This document shows, piece after piece, positions 19,896 to 29,141 of a stretch of DNA of 64,000 bases (position 1 is the first letter of the stretch; every line of letters starts with the position of its first letter). Source of the stretch: Bacteroidales bacterium (GTDB lineage: Bacteria > Bacteroidota > Bacteroidia > Bacteroidales > JAHJDW01). The translations under genes and the position numbers were made by a program. The notes beneath the pieces were generated by a model. It was given only the letters and a program-made list of their open reading frames with translations. It was not told the DNA's origin and ran no database searches. The stretch is taken from assembly GCA_041671145.1 (NCBI GenBank), contig JBAZBZ010000007.1:34461-98460 (forward strand). Reading direction: 5' to 3'.

Positions 19896-20300
19896 TTAAA
19901 GTTGTTCGCATTTTTTATATTTTGTGCCTTTAATTTCGGAATTTTGTAAATAATCCATTAGTCCCTGAATCATTTGGCTTATTTCTATGCAACGGGTATT
20001 GATATTTTTAAATTCATCATTTGATATATAATTCACATCAAATGCTCTATGATTTTGTGAACGCAATTCCCCTGCTGAACCTTTTGAAATTCCAAGAAAT
20101 TGAATAAACTCACCCCTTCCACCTCTTTCAAAACCTTCAGCAATGTTATCCATAATTGAACCACTTGATTTCCGTTCTTGTTTTTTTAGTTCAAAGTCCT
20201 TTGCAAATTCACCTTTACCTGATACCTGATAAATTATTTTATTTAATTCCCTTGCCTTTTTCCAAACTTCCAAATCTTCAAATCTCTTAACAGTTGCCAT
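19896..20300 (-). CDS. Four-helix-bundle protein (23S rRNA intervening-sequence protein family)
   Basis: MATVKRFEDLEVWKKARELNKIIYQV start and SAGELRSQ block are typical of this family. The gene sits between mvhG and mvhA. Confidence 0.8.
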   Translation of the reverse strand: MATVKRFEDLEVWKKARELNKIIYQVSGKGEFAKDFELKKQERKSSGSIMDNIAEGFERGGRGEFIQFLGISKGSAGELRSQNHRAFDVNYISNDEFKNINTRCIEISQMIQGLMDYLQNSEIKGTKYKKCEQL

Positions 20301-20336
20301 TTGCAGAACTTTAAACTTTAGACCTTAAACTTTAAA

Positions 20337-21311
20337 CTATTTTATATTTTTTCTAATAATAGCACTGGGTAAACTAAAGCGATAGAAAGTTCCTGCAGGG
20401 TCTTCTATATCTTCAATAATTTTTTCGATTTCAGCATCTTCTTTTGCATCAATCATTGTAGCAATAGCCGAGAGCATTTTTGCTCCGGGGTCTTTTGCTT
20501 CGGATGATGGTCCGTAACAACCGCGACATGGAGCGTTGCCTTTAATGCAGCGCACTCCGCAACCGCATCTTGTGGCTGGTCCCATGCAAATCACACCTTG
20601 TTCAAGGAAACATGTTTCGCCATCGTCTTGTATTTGCCATGGACGGTAAAATTTCTTTATAAGTTTATTGTCCGATTTTTTTCTTTCACATTCATCGCAT
20701 TGTGCTTTGTCTCTTGCTCCAACTACTGAACCTTTCGGCGGAAGTTGGGCACCGGTAACAATAGCCATAAAAACTTCAACGAGCCGTTCTGTCTGCGGAG
20801 GGCAGCCCGGCAAATAATAATCCACATCAACAACCTGGTCTAAAGTTTTTACATCATCATAAAATTCAGGAATTGTAAGTTCACCTTCGGGAACTTTATA
20901 TTTTGTTTGTGGTAAAATTTTATCGGGGTTCAATGTAGATTCGCTATCGAAATATGCTCTTCTGAAAATTTCACTTTTTCCGGAGAAGTTTGCAAGACCA
21001 GGAATTCCGCCCATGTGAGCGCATGAACCATAAGCCACCATCACTTTGGTTTTCTGTCTGAGAAGTTTTGCCATGTGTTCATTTTCACTGTTGCGAACAG
21101 CACCATTGAACAATGTTACGTCAATATTTCCGTCGGGCATTGCTTCAACGTCTTTAACTTTAAAGTCGAGAGCAATTGGCCAGAACACCAAGTCGGCATG
21201 CTCAACGACAGTGAAAAGTGCTTCATGTACGTCAAGAACTGAAACGTCGCAACCACCGCATCCTGCACCCCAGTACACCGCAAGTTTTATTTTAGGTTTT
21301 TCATTTGCCAT
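20337..21311 (-). CDS. mvhG: [NiFe] hydrogenase small subunit (MvhG-like)
   Basis: Proximal-cluster motif WGAGCGGCDVS, GSCAHMGGIPG, and a C-terminal Cys cluster (CMGPATRCGCGVRCIKGNAPCRGC). Confidence 0.85.
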   Translation of the reverse strand: MANEKPKIKLAVYWGAGCGGCDVSVLDVHEALFTVVEHADLVFWPIALDFKVKDVEAMPDGNIDVTLFNGAVRNSENEHMAKLLRQKTKVMVAYGSCAHMGGIPGLANFSGKSEIFRRAYFDSESTLNPDKILPQTKYKVPEGELTIPEFYDDVKTLDQVVDVDYYLPGCPPQTERLVEVFMAIVTGAQLPPKGSVVGARDKAQCDECERKKSDNKLIKKFYRPWQIQDDGETCFLEQGVICMGPATRCGCGVRCIKGNAPCRGCYGPSSEAKDPGAKMLSAIATMIDAKEDAEIEKIIEDIEDPAGTFYRFSLPSAIIRKNIK

Positions 21312-21326
21312 TTTATTTCCTCCTGA

Positions 21327-21752
21327 TTAAATAAATGTTTCAACTGTTTTTTTTATTTTGCTTGGACCTAAATTCCTGATGGTTTCAGTGAAAGAGTCAA
21401 TAAGTTCGGCAAATTGCTTTCCTTCGCTGGCACTTATCCATTCGAGTTTAAGTCGATTTTCTTCAATTCCCATTTGCTTAATGTATTTCTGCAAAAGATA
21501 ATATCTTCTCAAACATTTGTAATTACCTTCATGGTAATGACAATCTCCCGGATGGCAGCCACAGATTAATACTCCGTCTGCTCCTTCTTTAAATGCTTTG
21601 AGAACGAAAGTAGGGTCAACTCTTCCTGAACACATCACACGTATTGTACGTGTGTTTGGAGAGTATTTCATTCTTGATGTTCCTGCTAAATCAGCACCGG
21701 TGTATGAACACCAATTGCACAGAAACGATACTATTATCGGATTATTGCTCAT
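21327..21752 (-). CDS. mvhD: Methyl-viologen-reducing hydrogenase delta subunit (MvhD-like, [2Fe-2S])
   Basis: FLCNWCSY...MCSGRVD...[11 protein letters not shown] motif set. 4-nt overlap with the upstream hdrA-like gene. Confidence 0.85.
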   Translation of the reverse strand: MSNNPIIVSFLCNWCSYTGADLAGTSRMKYSPNTRTIRVMCSGRVDPTFVLKAFKEGADGVLICGCHPGDCHYHEGNYKCLRRYYLLQKYIKQMGIEENRLKLEWISASEGKQFAELIDSFTETIRNLGPSKIKKTVETFI

Positions 21753-23512
21753 TGATTTACCTCCTGTAATTTTTTATCAAATTCTAATGATAATGACATT
21801 GACATAATTCCTTCTATTTGTGATATTATTTGCTGGTCGGTAAAGTGCCTGCTTCTGATAGCTCCTGTTGGACAAGCAGAGCCGCATGTTCCGCAACCCT
21901 TGCATAAAATTTCGTTAACAACGGAAACTTTCTTTTCTTCATTAAAGCTTATGGCAGTGTATGGACAAACTTTAATACATGTCTGACAACCGCAACATAT
22001 ATCTTCATTTACCCATGCGGTAGTAACTTCAACGCTAACTGAACCTTTTGCAATTGTTCCGAGTATTCGTGCTGCTGCTGCTCTTGCCTGACAAATTGAG
22101 TCGGAAATATCTTTTGGTCCTTGACAACTGCCTACAATATAAACACCGTTTGTAGTTGTTGCAACAGGGTCGAGTTTCGGATGTTTTTCAATATAGAAAG
22201 CGTTGCCGCATAAGCTTATTCCGACTGCGTGAGCAATGTCTTTTGCATTATCATGTGCTTCCATGCCTGTCATGAGAATTACCATGTCAGCAGGAACTTC
22301 AACGGTTTCACCGGAAAGTTTTTCATTCATTTCAATAATTAAATCACTGCCCTCGCCCGATTTTGCTTTTCTGATTTTTGGTAAATCATTTTGCTGGTCG
22401 AACATTAAGAACATTACTTTTCTTTTTGATGTTTCCGAATATAATTCTTCGCAGCCCTTGCCCATTGCTCTCATGTCGGCATATAATTCAAATATATTTG
22501 ATTTTGGTAATGCCGACCTTAATTGATTTGCATATTTTAAAGCCGTCATACAACAGGTTCTTGAGCAGTATTCGTGATAGTCCTTGTTTCTGCTGCCAAC
22601 GCAATGTATTATTGCAATATTTTTTGGTTCGCTTCCGTCATTCTTTATAATTTTACCGCTCAATGCCATTTTTTCAAATTCGCTTGAAGTAATTACATTT
22701 GGCAATGAGCCATAACCGTAATTTGCAACCTTTTTTGCTTCAAATGCTTTTAAGCCGGTAGCAACAATTATATTTCCGAAATTAAGTTTTGTTTCCTTAC
22801 CGTTTTTCGGAGTTATTGTAGTTTCAAAGTTTCCGACATAACCATAAATTTCTTTTATATCGGTTTCTAAAAACAACTGGATATTTTTATTATTCTGAAC
22901 TCTTTTTATTAAAGGTAAAAGCATTTGTTGTGCACTCAGCATGTATGGGAATGTAAGGTCAACGTTTGCAGTATTACCGCCGAGTTTGTTTGTTCTTTCA
23001 ACAAGAAAAACAGTTTTTCCCGAATCTGCAATTTCGAGAGCCGCTGATATTCCTGCGATGCCGCCGCCAATAACCAATGTGCTGGGATTGATATCAACAG
23101 TTCGTTCATCAAGAGGTTCGTGGAAATTAACACGATTTATTGCTGCCGCAATAAGTGCTTTAGCTTTCTTTGTTGCTTCGCCCCTGTCGGTATGAACCCA
23201 CGAATCCTGTTCACGTATGTTTGCCATTTCAAAAAGATAAGGATTAATTCCTGCTTTTTGCAATGCTTTTCTGAAAGTAAGTTCATGTATTCGCGGTGAA
23301 CATGCTGCAACAACAACACGATTCAGATTATGTTCTTTTATATCTTTAACAATAAGGTCTTGCCCCGGGTCAGAACACATGTATTTGTAATTCTTTGCAA
23401 TCACAACATTGGGAAGTTTACCCATTTCCTCTGCTACGTTTTCAACATCCACCATTTTTGCGATGTTGGTTCCGCACCAGCAAACGTAAACACCTATTCT
23501 TGATTTTTCCAT
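21749..23512 (-). CDS. HdrA-like flavoprotein (QmoB-like when taken together with the downstream MvhD)
   Basis: Cys-containing HdrA N-domain ([10 protein letters not shown]...AACSPR), FAD motif [16 protein letters not shown]...YCSRTCCM, and a C-terminal 2x[4Fe-4S] ferredoxin ([24 protein letters not shown]). Confidence 0.85.
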   Translation of the reverse strand: MEKSRIGVYVCWCGTNIAKMVDVENVAEEMGKLPNVVIAKNYKYMCSDPGQDLIVKDIKEHNLNRVVVAACSPRIHELTFRKALQKAGINPYLFEMANIREQDSWVHTDRGEATKKAKALIAAAINRVNFHEPLDERTVDINPSTLVIGGGIAGISAALEIADSGKTVFLVERTNKLGGNTANVDLTFPYMLSAQQMLLPLIKRVQNNKNIQLFLETDIKEIYGYVGNFETTITPKNGKETKLNFGNIIVATGLKAFEAKKVANYGYGSLPNVITSSEFEKMALSGKIIKNDGSEPKNIAIIHCVGSRNKDYHEYCSRTCCMTALKYANQLRSALPKSNIFELYADMRAMGKGCEELYSETSKRKVMFLMFDQQNDLPKIRKAKSGEGSDLIIEMNEKLSGETVEVPADMVILMTGMEAHDNAKDIAHAVGISLCGNAFYIEKHPKLDPVATTTNGVYIVGSCQGPKDISDSICQARAAAARILGTIAKGSVSVEVTTAWVNEDICCGCQTCIKVCPYTAISFNEEKKVSVVNEILCKGCGTCGSACPTGAIRSRHFTDQQIISQIEGIMSMSLSLEFDKKLQEVNQ

Positions 23513-23536
23513 TTTTTTATCTTTTTATATAGGTTT

Positions 23537-24679
23537 TTATTTTTCTAAGTTTTTTTTGTATGCTGCCTTTTTCAGGTTAGCGAAATAAACAGCAACAGGA
23601 CGATATGCCAGATGCGACCACTTGGAAAAAGGCACTTCAATAGTCAACATAGGCACCAGACACATTAAATGAATAAGGTAAGTTACATAAGTTGCAACAG
23701 GCATTCCTGATATTCTGAAGAAATGCAGCATGATACCGGTGAGCGTGGTTAAGAATAAAAGTACCAGAAAAGTCCAGTCGGTATAATGTGAAAATTTGCT
23801 GTTTTCTTTTGCTTTCTGAAATCTGTTGTAAATAAAATAAATTATTCCGGCAAATAATCCTACGGTTGCTATGTAACCCAAAAATCGCTGGGGATGCAAG
23901 ATAGGGTGAATTACGTCAGTTTGGAACCATTCAAGGAAAAATACAATCATTGTAAATAACACAACATAACTCAACATTAAAAATAAATGCAGAAACCAAT
24001 AGGTTTTAGAGTCATTGCATTTGTTGAATTTTTTTTGTGTAATGAAGTTCCATGCAAGAGAAAAAACTTCTGTTATATATGCAGTAAAAGGAATTTTGAC
24101 GGATTTATCTTTAACAATAATTTTCAGCCACATATTGAAAACATTTGTAACAAGAATAAAAGCGAGAACACCAGCCATAATCCAGTCGCCAAGGTGAATT
24201 CTTTTCCATGGGGCAATTTTGTTGATTAAAACACCTCCGTCTCTTCCAAGCCAGCTTCCTTCACCGGAAGGAAAGAAAGTAAAACTCACATAAAGTATCA
24301 GAACAAAAATTGCAATAGCAAAAATTGCTCCTATTTCAAACATCTTTGATGTATAAATTCTTTTTGCAAATCCTGTCCAGTCGTAAACAGTCGTGAGGTA
24401 TCTTCTCATTGTCATCATTGTTTCGCCGGGGTTTGCGTTTCTGGGGCATGTTTTTGAACAATCACCGCAGTAATAACAAAGCCATGGTTCAACGCTGCCT
24501 GCAATTGTGTCTTTAAGTCCCATTTGCATGGCTCTATATCCTTTTCTGGGAAACAGGAAGCCCTGTTCTGTCAATGGGCATGTTGCAGTGCAGTTACCGC
24601 AATGGAAACATTCGTTCCATGTACCTTTACCAAATTTTTCAATATCTTTTACAAGATTTGGATTAACTCTTTGTATCAT
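23537..24679 (-). CDS. Fused 2x[4Fe-4S] (HdrC-like) / polytopic heme-b-type membrane subunit (HdrE/NarI/DsrM-like), i.e. QmoC-like
   Basis: N-terminal CFHCGNCTATCP and CYYCGDCSKTCP. At least 6 hydrophobic helices follow, carrying His residues (HLGDW, HLFLM, LHFFR, IHLMC), with a NarI-family-like end PFSKWSHLAYRP. 4-nt overlap with the upstream hdrA-like gene. Confidence 0.7.
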   Translation of the reverse strand: MIQRVNPNLVKDIEKFGKGTWNECFHCGNCTATCPLTEQGFLFPRKGYRAMQMGLKDTIAGSVEPWLCYYCGDCSKTCPRNANPGETMMTMRRYLTTVYDWTGFAKRIYTSKMFEIGAIFAIAIFVLILYVSFTFFPSGEGSWLGRDGGVLINKIAPWKRIHLGDWIMAGVLAFILVTNVFNMWLKIIVKDKSVKIPFTAYITEVFSLAWNFITQKKFNKCNDSKTYWFLHLFLMLSYVVLFTMIVFFLEWFQTDVIHPILHPQRFLGYIATVGLFAGIIYFIYNRFQKAKENSKFSHYTDWTFLVLLFLTTLTGIMLHFFRISGMPVATYVTYLIHLMCLVPMLTIEVPFSKWSHLAYRPVAVYFANLKKAAYKKNLEK

Positions 24680-26490
24680 ATTTTTTCCTCCGATAAAGTA
24701 AGTTTCTTAACTTGTGATTCTATTTCCGCAAGTGATAAATCCTTAACACTTTTATTTATTTTACCTCTTACAATATTTTGTAAAACACGGGAAGCAGCGG
24801 CAGATGCTTGTGCCACTGTATCGGGAATGTCTTTTGGTCCCTGGCAAACGCCGGCAATTGATATTCCGCCTGTAAATGTATTCACAGGATTGCTGATATA
24901 ATTTGCTTCCATAAACCATCCATCTTCAGTTTGTGAAATTCCGAGCATTTTTGATAATTTTGCTGCATCTTCTCTTGGTTCCAAACCGACTGCAAGTATT
25001 GCCATGTCGACTTCCTGCTCAATTAATTTGCTTGCTAAAATATCTTCACCGCGCAACATTAATTTATTGTTTTTTCCTTCAATTTTTGCAGTTCTTCCGC
25101 GGATTATGCTTACACCTTCGTGTTTGATTCTTTCATAAAATTCTTCGTAGCCCTTGCCGAATGCACGCATATCAATAAAATATTCGAAGACCTTTGCATC
25201 GGGTAATTTTTCAACAACAAGATGTGCAAGTTTTAATGAATACATGCAGCAAACCTTTGAGCAATATTTATTGTAGTTTTCATCGCGGCTTCCGATACAA
25301 TGGATAATTGCAACACTTTTAGGAACATCAGCATCGCCTTTGAAAACCCAATTGTTTTTTTTATCCTGACTTCTGTAAACAATATTTCCACCAGTTGGTC
25401 CGGCAGCATTCACTAATCTTTCAAATTCAAGTGATGTAACAACATTTGGCAATTTGCCGTATCCGAATTGTTCTGCGCGTTTTGCATCAAAAACTTTGAA
25501 GCCGGTTGCAACAATTATATTACCAACATTGATTTCAACTTCTTCATCTTTCTCATCTAAATTTATGCAGTCGGGAACAGGGCATATTTTCACGCAAACC
25601 TTGCATTTCCCGCTTTTAACATAAGTACAGCTTTCACCATCAATCAAATATTTATTGGGAACTGCCTGCGGAAAAGGGATATAAATAGCTTTTCGCATTG
25701 CAGTGCCTTCATCAAATTCGCTTGGTGCGTTTCCTGGGCATTTTTCAGCGCAAGTGCCGCAACCGATACAAGTTTTTAAATTTACTCTTCTGGCTTTCTT
25801 CAGGATTATTACTTTATAGTTGCCGGGAGTTCCTTTAATATCTTTAACTTCGCAATATGTCATCAGTTCAATATTGGAATGTTGACCAATTTCAACCATT
25901 TTCGGAGTGAGGATACATGCCGCACAGTCGAGCGTGGGGAATGTTTTATCAAACATTGCCATGTGTCCTCCTATTGTTCCTGACTTTTCAACCAAAAAAA
26001 CTTTTTGTCCTGCATCAGCAATTTCAAGTGATGCCTGAATTCCTGCAATTCCTCCTCCTATAACCAATGTGTTCGGATTTACGGAAACTTCTGCTGTTTG
26101 TGTTGCCTCTTCAAAAGGTACTGCATTTACAGCACATGCGAGAATTGCTTTGGCACGCTCGGTATCGCTGTTCCTGATTGCTCCGTGTTCCCTGAATGAA
26201 GCTATTATTACATCTTCGGCTTTGTTACCGGCTAAAACCATTGCTTTTGTGAAAAAACTTTTTTCCATACCCGGTTTATCGCCTGCAATAACAAACCGCT
26301 TGATGTTTTTCTCTTTTATTTTTGCAGCAACATTAGTTGCATCGGACAATGAAATTTCATCAGCGTTCCAAATAGCAACAACATTATAATAATTTTTTAT
26401 ATAAGATGTAACTTCTGTAAAATTCACTTTATCTTCATATCCGTTTGCTGAACTTTGAAAATAGATGCCGGTTGATTTTGTGTCTGCCAT
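24676..26490 (-). CDS. HdrA-like flavoprotein with inserted ferredoxin domain (first gene of the operon)
   Basis: FAD motif VIGGGIAGI, inserted CIGCGTCAEKCP / CKVCVKICP clusters, and HCIGSRDENYNKYCSKVCCM. The N-terminal domain lacks the Cys ligands seen in the paralogue. Confidence 0.85.
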   Translation of the reverse strand: MADTKSTGIYFQSSANGYEDKVNFTEVTSYIKNYYNVVAIWNADEISLSDATNVAAKIKEKNIKRFVIAGDKPGMEKSFFTKAMVLAGNKAEDVIIASFREHGAIRNSDTERAKAILACAVNAVPFEEATQTAEVSVNPNTLVIGGGIAGIQASLEIADAGQKVFLVEKSGTIGGHMAMFDKTFPTLDCAACILTPKMVEIGQHSNIELMTYCEVKDIKGTPGNYKVIILKKARRVNLKTCIGCGTCAEKCPGNAPSEFDEGTAMRKAIYIPFPQAVPNKYLIDGESCTYVKSGKCKVCVKICPVPDCINLDEKDEEVEINVGNIIVATGFKVFDAKRAEQFGYGKLPNVVTSLEFERLVNAAGPTGGNIVYRSQDKKNNWVFKGDADVPKSVAIIHCIGSRDENYNKYCSKVCCMYSLKLAHLVVEKLPDAKVFEYFIDMRAFGKGYEEFYERIKHEGVSIIRGRTAKIEGKNNKLMLRGEDILASKLIEQEVDMAILAVGLEPREDAAKLSKMLGISQTEDGWFMEANYISNPVNTFTGGISIAGVCQGPKDIPDTVAQASAAASRVLQNIVRGKINKSVKDLSLAEIESQVKKLTLSEEKI

Positions 26491-26636
26491 ATTTTATATT
26501 TTTTACTTTTAATAATAAAATCTAAAAAACCAAGTAATGCATTGGTTCCATGTTAAAATTACTTAAAAATTTTCGAATTAACCAGTCACTTTATGAAAGT
26601 TGTAATTATATTAAATCATAATTGTTAATAATTTAA

Positions 26637-26644
26637 CAAAAGTA
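26637..26644 (-). promoter_or_regulatory. Candidate -7 box (TACTTTTG on the minus strand) for the hydrogenase operon
   Basis: CAAAAGTA on the plus strand, about 147 nt upstream of the ATG at 26490. It is the only exact TAnnTTTG match in the divergent spacer on this strand. Confidence 0.3.
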
Positions 26645-26704
26645 AAAAAAAAATAATAATAGCAAATTTTATTAAAGATTTTTTTTTACTTAATTATAAG
26701 ATTC

Positions 26705-26712
26705 TACATTTG
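26705..26712 (+). promoter_or_regulatory. -7 promoter box (TACATTTG) for the hyp cluster
   Basis: It overlaps the TTG that the ORF track uses as the hypF start, which argues for a downstream start codon. Confidence 0.4.
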
Positions 26713-26784
26713 CAAGGGTTTATAATTTTATTTTTTTTGATATTAAGAGATATACTTAATGTAATTTTAAATAAAATACTTATT

Positions 26785-29052
26785 GTGTTTGAAAACAAGG
26801 ACATATCATTATTATTACATATAAAAGGACTGGTTCAGGGAGTGGGCTTTAGGCCTTTTGTATATAGAATAGCCACCGGTCTTGATTTAAAAGGTTGGGT
26901 TGAGAATAGGAACGATGGTGTTTTTATAAAAATTGAAGGCAGTGAAGAAAAAACAAAAAGTTTTCTGCAATTATTAAAAGCCGAAGCACCGCATGCATCA
27001 ATAATTTCAGATATTAAAATTACTCAATCGGAATTTGAAAATTTTCAAAGATTCGAAATAGTCAGAAGTCATAATATTTCGGAAGAAATAACGGATATTA
27101 GTCCTGATATTGCTGTTTGTAATGATTGCCTTAAAGATTTTAAAAATCAGCAGCATAGAATAAATTATCCATTCATAAATTGTACTAATTGTGGTCCGCG
27201 TTTTACTATTATTCGGGATTTGCCTTATGACAGAGATAAAACCACAATGAGCAAATTTATAATGTGTGAAATTTGTAAAAAGGAATATACTGATGTTTTA
27301 GACCGTCGGTTTCATGCACAACCTGTTGCATGTAATAATTGCGGCCCAAAATATGAGTTGTTTTGTGAAGACAATGTTATTTTAGAGTTTAATTTGATTT
27401 TGAAAAAAACTGCTGAGTTGATTGATAAAGGAAAAATAGTTGTAATAAAAGGTCTTGGCGGATTTCATATTGCTTGTGATGCATTGAATGGTGATGTTGT
27501 TAAAAGATTAAGAACATTAAAGCAACGCGACAGAAAGCCGTTTGCTGTTATGTTTTCCGATTTAAAATCAGCAAAAGAATATACCGAGATGAGTGAGGAA
27601 GAAGAAAATTCTCTTACATCATGGCGAAGACCAATAGTTATTTTAAAAGAAAAAAAAGAAAAAAAAATTCCTGTAGAAGTCAGCAATGATTTGGGAACAA
27701 TAGGAGCAATGTTGCCATATATGCCTTTTCATTATTTATTGTTTGAAAAATTAAAAACAAAAGTAATTGTATTGACAAGCGGAAATATTTCGGATACGCC
27801 AATAATAATTGACAATGAAAATGCAAAAAAAAAATTATCGGAAATTTATGACGCATTACTTTGTTACGACAGGGATATTTATAACAGAACTGATGATTCG
27901 GTTGTTTTTGTTGCAAACGGAAAAGAAAGAATAATAAGGCGTTCGCGCGGATATGTTCCGAATGCAATTAATCTGAATTTTAGTGTTGACGGAATAATTG
28001 CAGCAGGCGGCGAACTGAAAAATACATTTTGCATTGGAAAAAAAAATCAGGCAATATTAAGTCAACATATCGGCGATTTGAAAAATGTTGAGACATTTGA
28101 ATTTTATAAACAAACCATTGAACAGTTTAAGAAGCTTTTCAGGATTAATCCGAAATTATATGCAGCCGATTTGCATCCCGATTATTTGTCAACAAAATAT
28201 GTAAAAGAAATTGATGACATTGAAAAAATATTTATTCAGCATCATCATGCACATATTGCTTCGTGCATGGCAGAACATAATCTTGATGAAAAAGTAATTG
28301 GCGTTAGCTTTGATGGCACGGGTTATGGCGATGATGGAAACATCTGGGGAAGCGAATTTTTTATTTGTGATTACAAAGAATATAAAAGAATGAATCATTT
28401 CGAATATATTCAGATGCCAGGCGGTGATAAGGTTGCAGATGAACCATGGAGAATGGCGGTTTCGTATTTGTATAAATATTATGAAAAAGATTTTCTGAAA
28501 TTTGATTTGCCTTTTTTGTTACAAATTCCAAAAAATAACATTGAGCTTTTAATTACAGCAATTGACAGAAAAATAAATTGTCCTCTGACTTCCGGTGCAG
28601 GGAGATTATTTGATGCGGTTTCTGCTTTAATTAATTTGTGCACCGTTTCAAATTTTGAAGCTGAAGCACCAATGCGTCTTGAGGCAATAATTGAGGCGAA
28701 TTGCAATGAAACATATTCTTATGAAATAAATAATACAATTTCTTTTAAAAAAACTTTTTGGGAAATAATAAATGACATAAATAAGAATATTCCTGCTTCA
28801 ATTATTTCGGCGAAATTTCATAATACAGTAATTCATGTTATTTTGGAAGTAGCCGAAAATATGAGAGAAGAATATAAAATAAATAAAATTGTTTTATCGG
28901 GTGGAGTTTTTCAAAACAGGTATTTATTGACAAAGGTTGAAAAGGAATTGTTGGAAAATAAATTTGAAGTTTATTCTCACAGCAAAGTCCCTTCAAATGA
29001 TGGTGGGATTGCTTTGGGGCAACTATCGATAGCAGCAAAAAAAACGGATTGA
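26785..29052 (+). CDS. hypF: [NiFe] hydrogenase maturation carbamoyltransferase HypF
   Basis: Acylphosphatase motif GLVQGVGFRPF, two zinc-finger pairs (CNDC...CTNCGPRF, CEIC...CNNCGPKY), then YrdC-like and Kae1-like domains. Start placed at GTG 26785, 12 codons before the acylphosphatase motif, with TTG 26737 as the alternative. The stop is firm. Confidence 0.85.
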   Translation: MFENKDISLLLHIKGLVQGVGFRPFVYRIATGLDLKGWVENRNDGVFIKIEGSEEKTKSFLQLLKAEAPHASIISDIKITQSEFENFQRFEIVRSHNISEEITDISPDIAVCNDCLKDFKNQQHRINYPFINCTNCGPRFTIIRDLPYDRDKTTMSKFIMCEICKKEYTDVLDRRFHAQPVACNNCGPKYELFCEDNVILEFNLILKKTAELIDKGKIVVIKGLGGFHIACDALNGDVVKRLRTLKQRDRKPFAVMFSDLKSAKEYTEMSEEEENSLTSWRRPIVILKEKKEKKIPVEVSNDLGTIGAMLPYMPFHYLLFEKLKTKVIVLTSGNISDTPIIIDNENAKKKLSEIYDALLCYDRDIYNRTDDSVVFVANGKERIIRRSRGYVPNAINLNFSVDGIIAAGGELKNTFCIGKKNQAILSQHIGDLKNVETFEFYKQTIEQFKKLFRINPKLYAADLHPDYLSTKYVKEIDDIEKIFIQHHHAHIASCMAEHNLDEKVIGVSFDGTGYGDDGNIWGSEFFICDYKEYKRMNHFEYIQMPGGDKVADEPWRMAVSYLYKYYEKDFLKFDLPFLLQIPKNNIELLITAIDRKINCPLTSGAGRLFDAVSALINLCTVSNFEAEAPMRLEAIIEANCNETYSYEINNTISFKKTFWEIINDINKNIPASIISAKFHNTVIHVILEVAENMREEYKINKIVLSGGVFQNRYLLTKVEKELLENKFEVYSHSKVPSNDGGIALGQLSIAAKKTD

Positions 29053-29090
29053 ATTTTGTTTAATATATTTTTTTATTTAAAAAGATTTAT

Positions 29091-29098
29091 TAATTTTG
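29091..29098 (+). promoter_or_regulatory. -7 promoter box (TAATTTTG)
   Basis: Lies 44 nt upstream of the ATPase ATG at 29142. Followed by an imperfect palindrome AGATTTGCA/TGCAAATTT (29102-29126). Confidence 0.35.
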
Positions 29099-29141
29099 GG
29101 CAGATTTGCAGTTGAATTGCAAATTTGTCCAAATTTAAAAT

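Noticed and set aside
21880-21997. CCGC string in the 587-aa HdrA-like protein, considered as a possible HdrB-type CCG domain
   Set aside because: The context [12 protein letters not shown] is an ordinary CxxCxxCxxxCP ferredoxin motif with one extra Cys. It is paired with [12 protein letters not shown] and is not the CX(n)CCX(n)CxxC pattern of HdrB.
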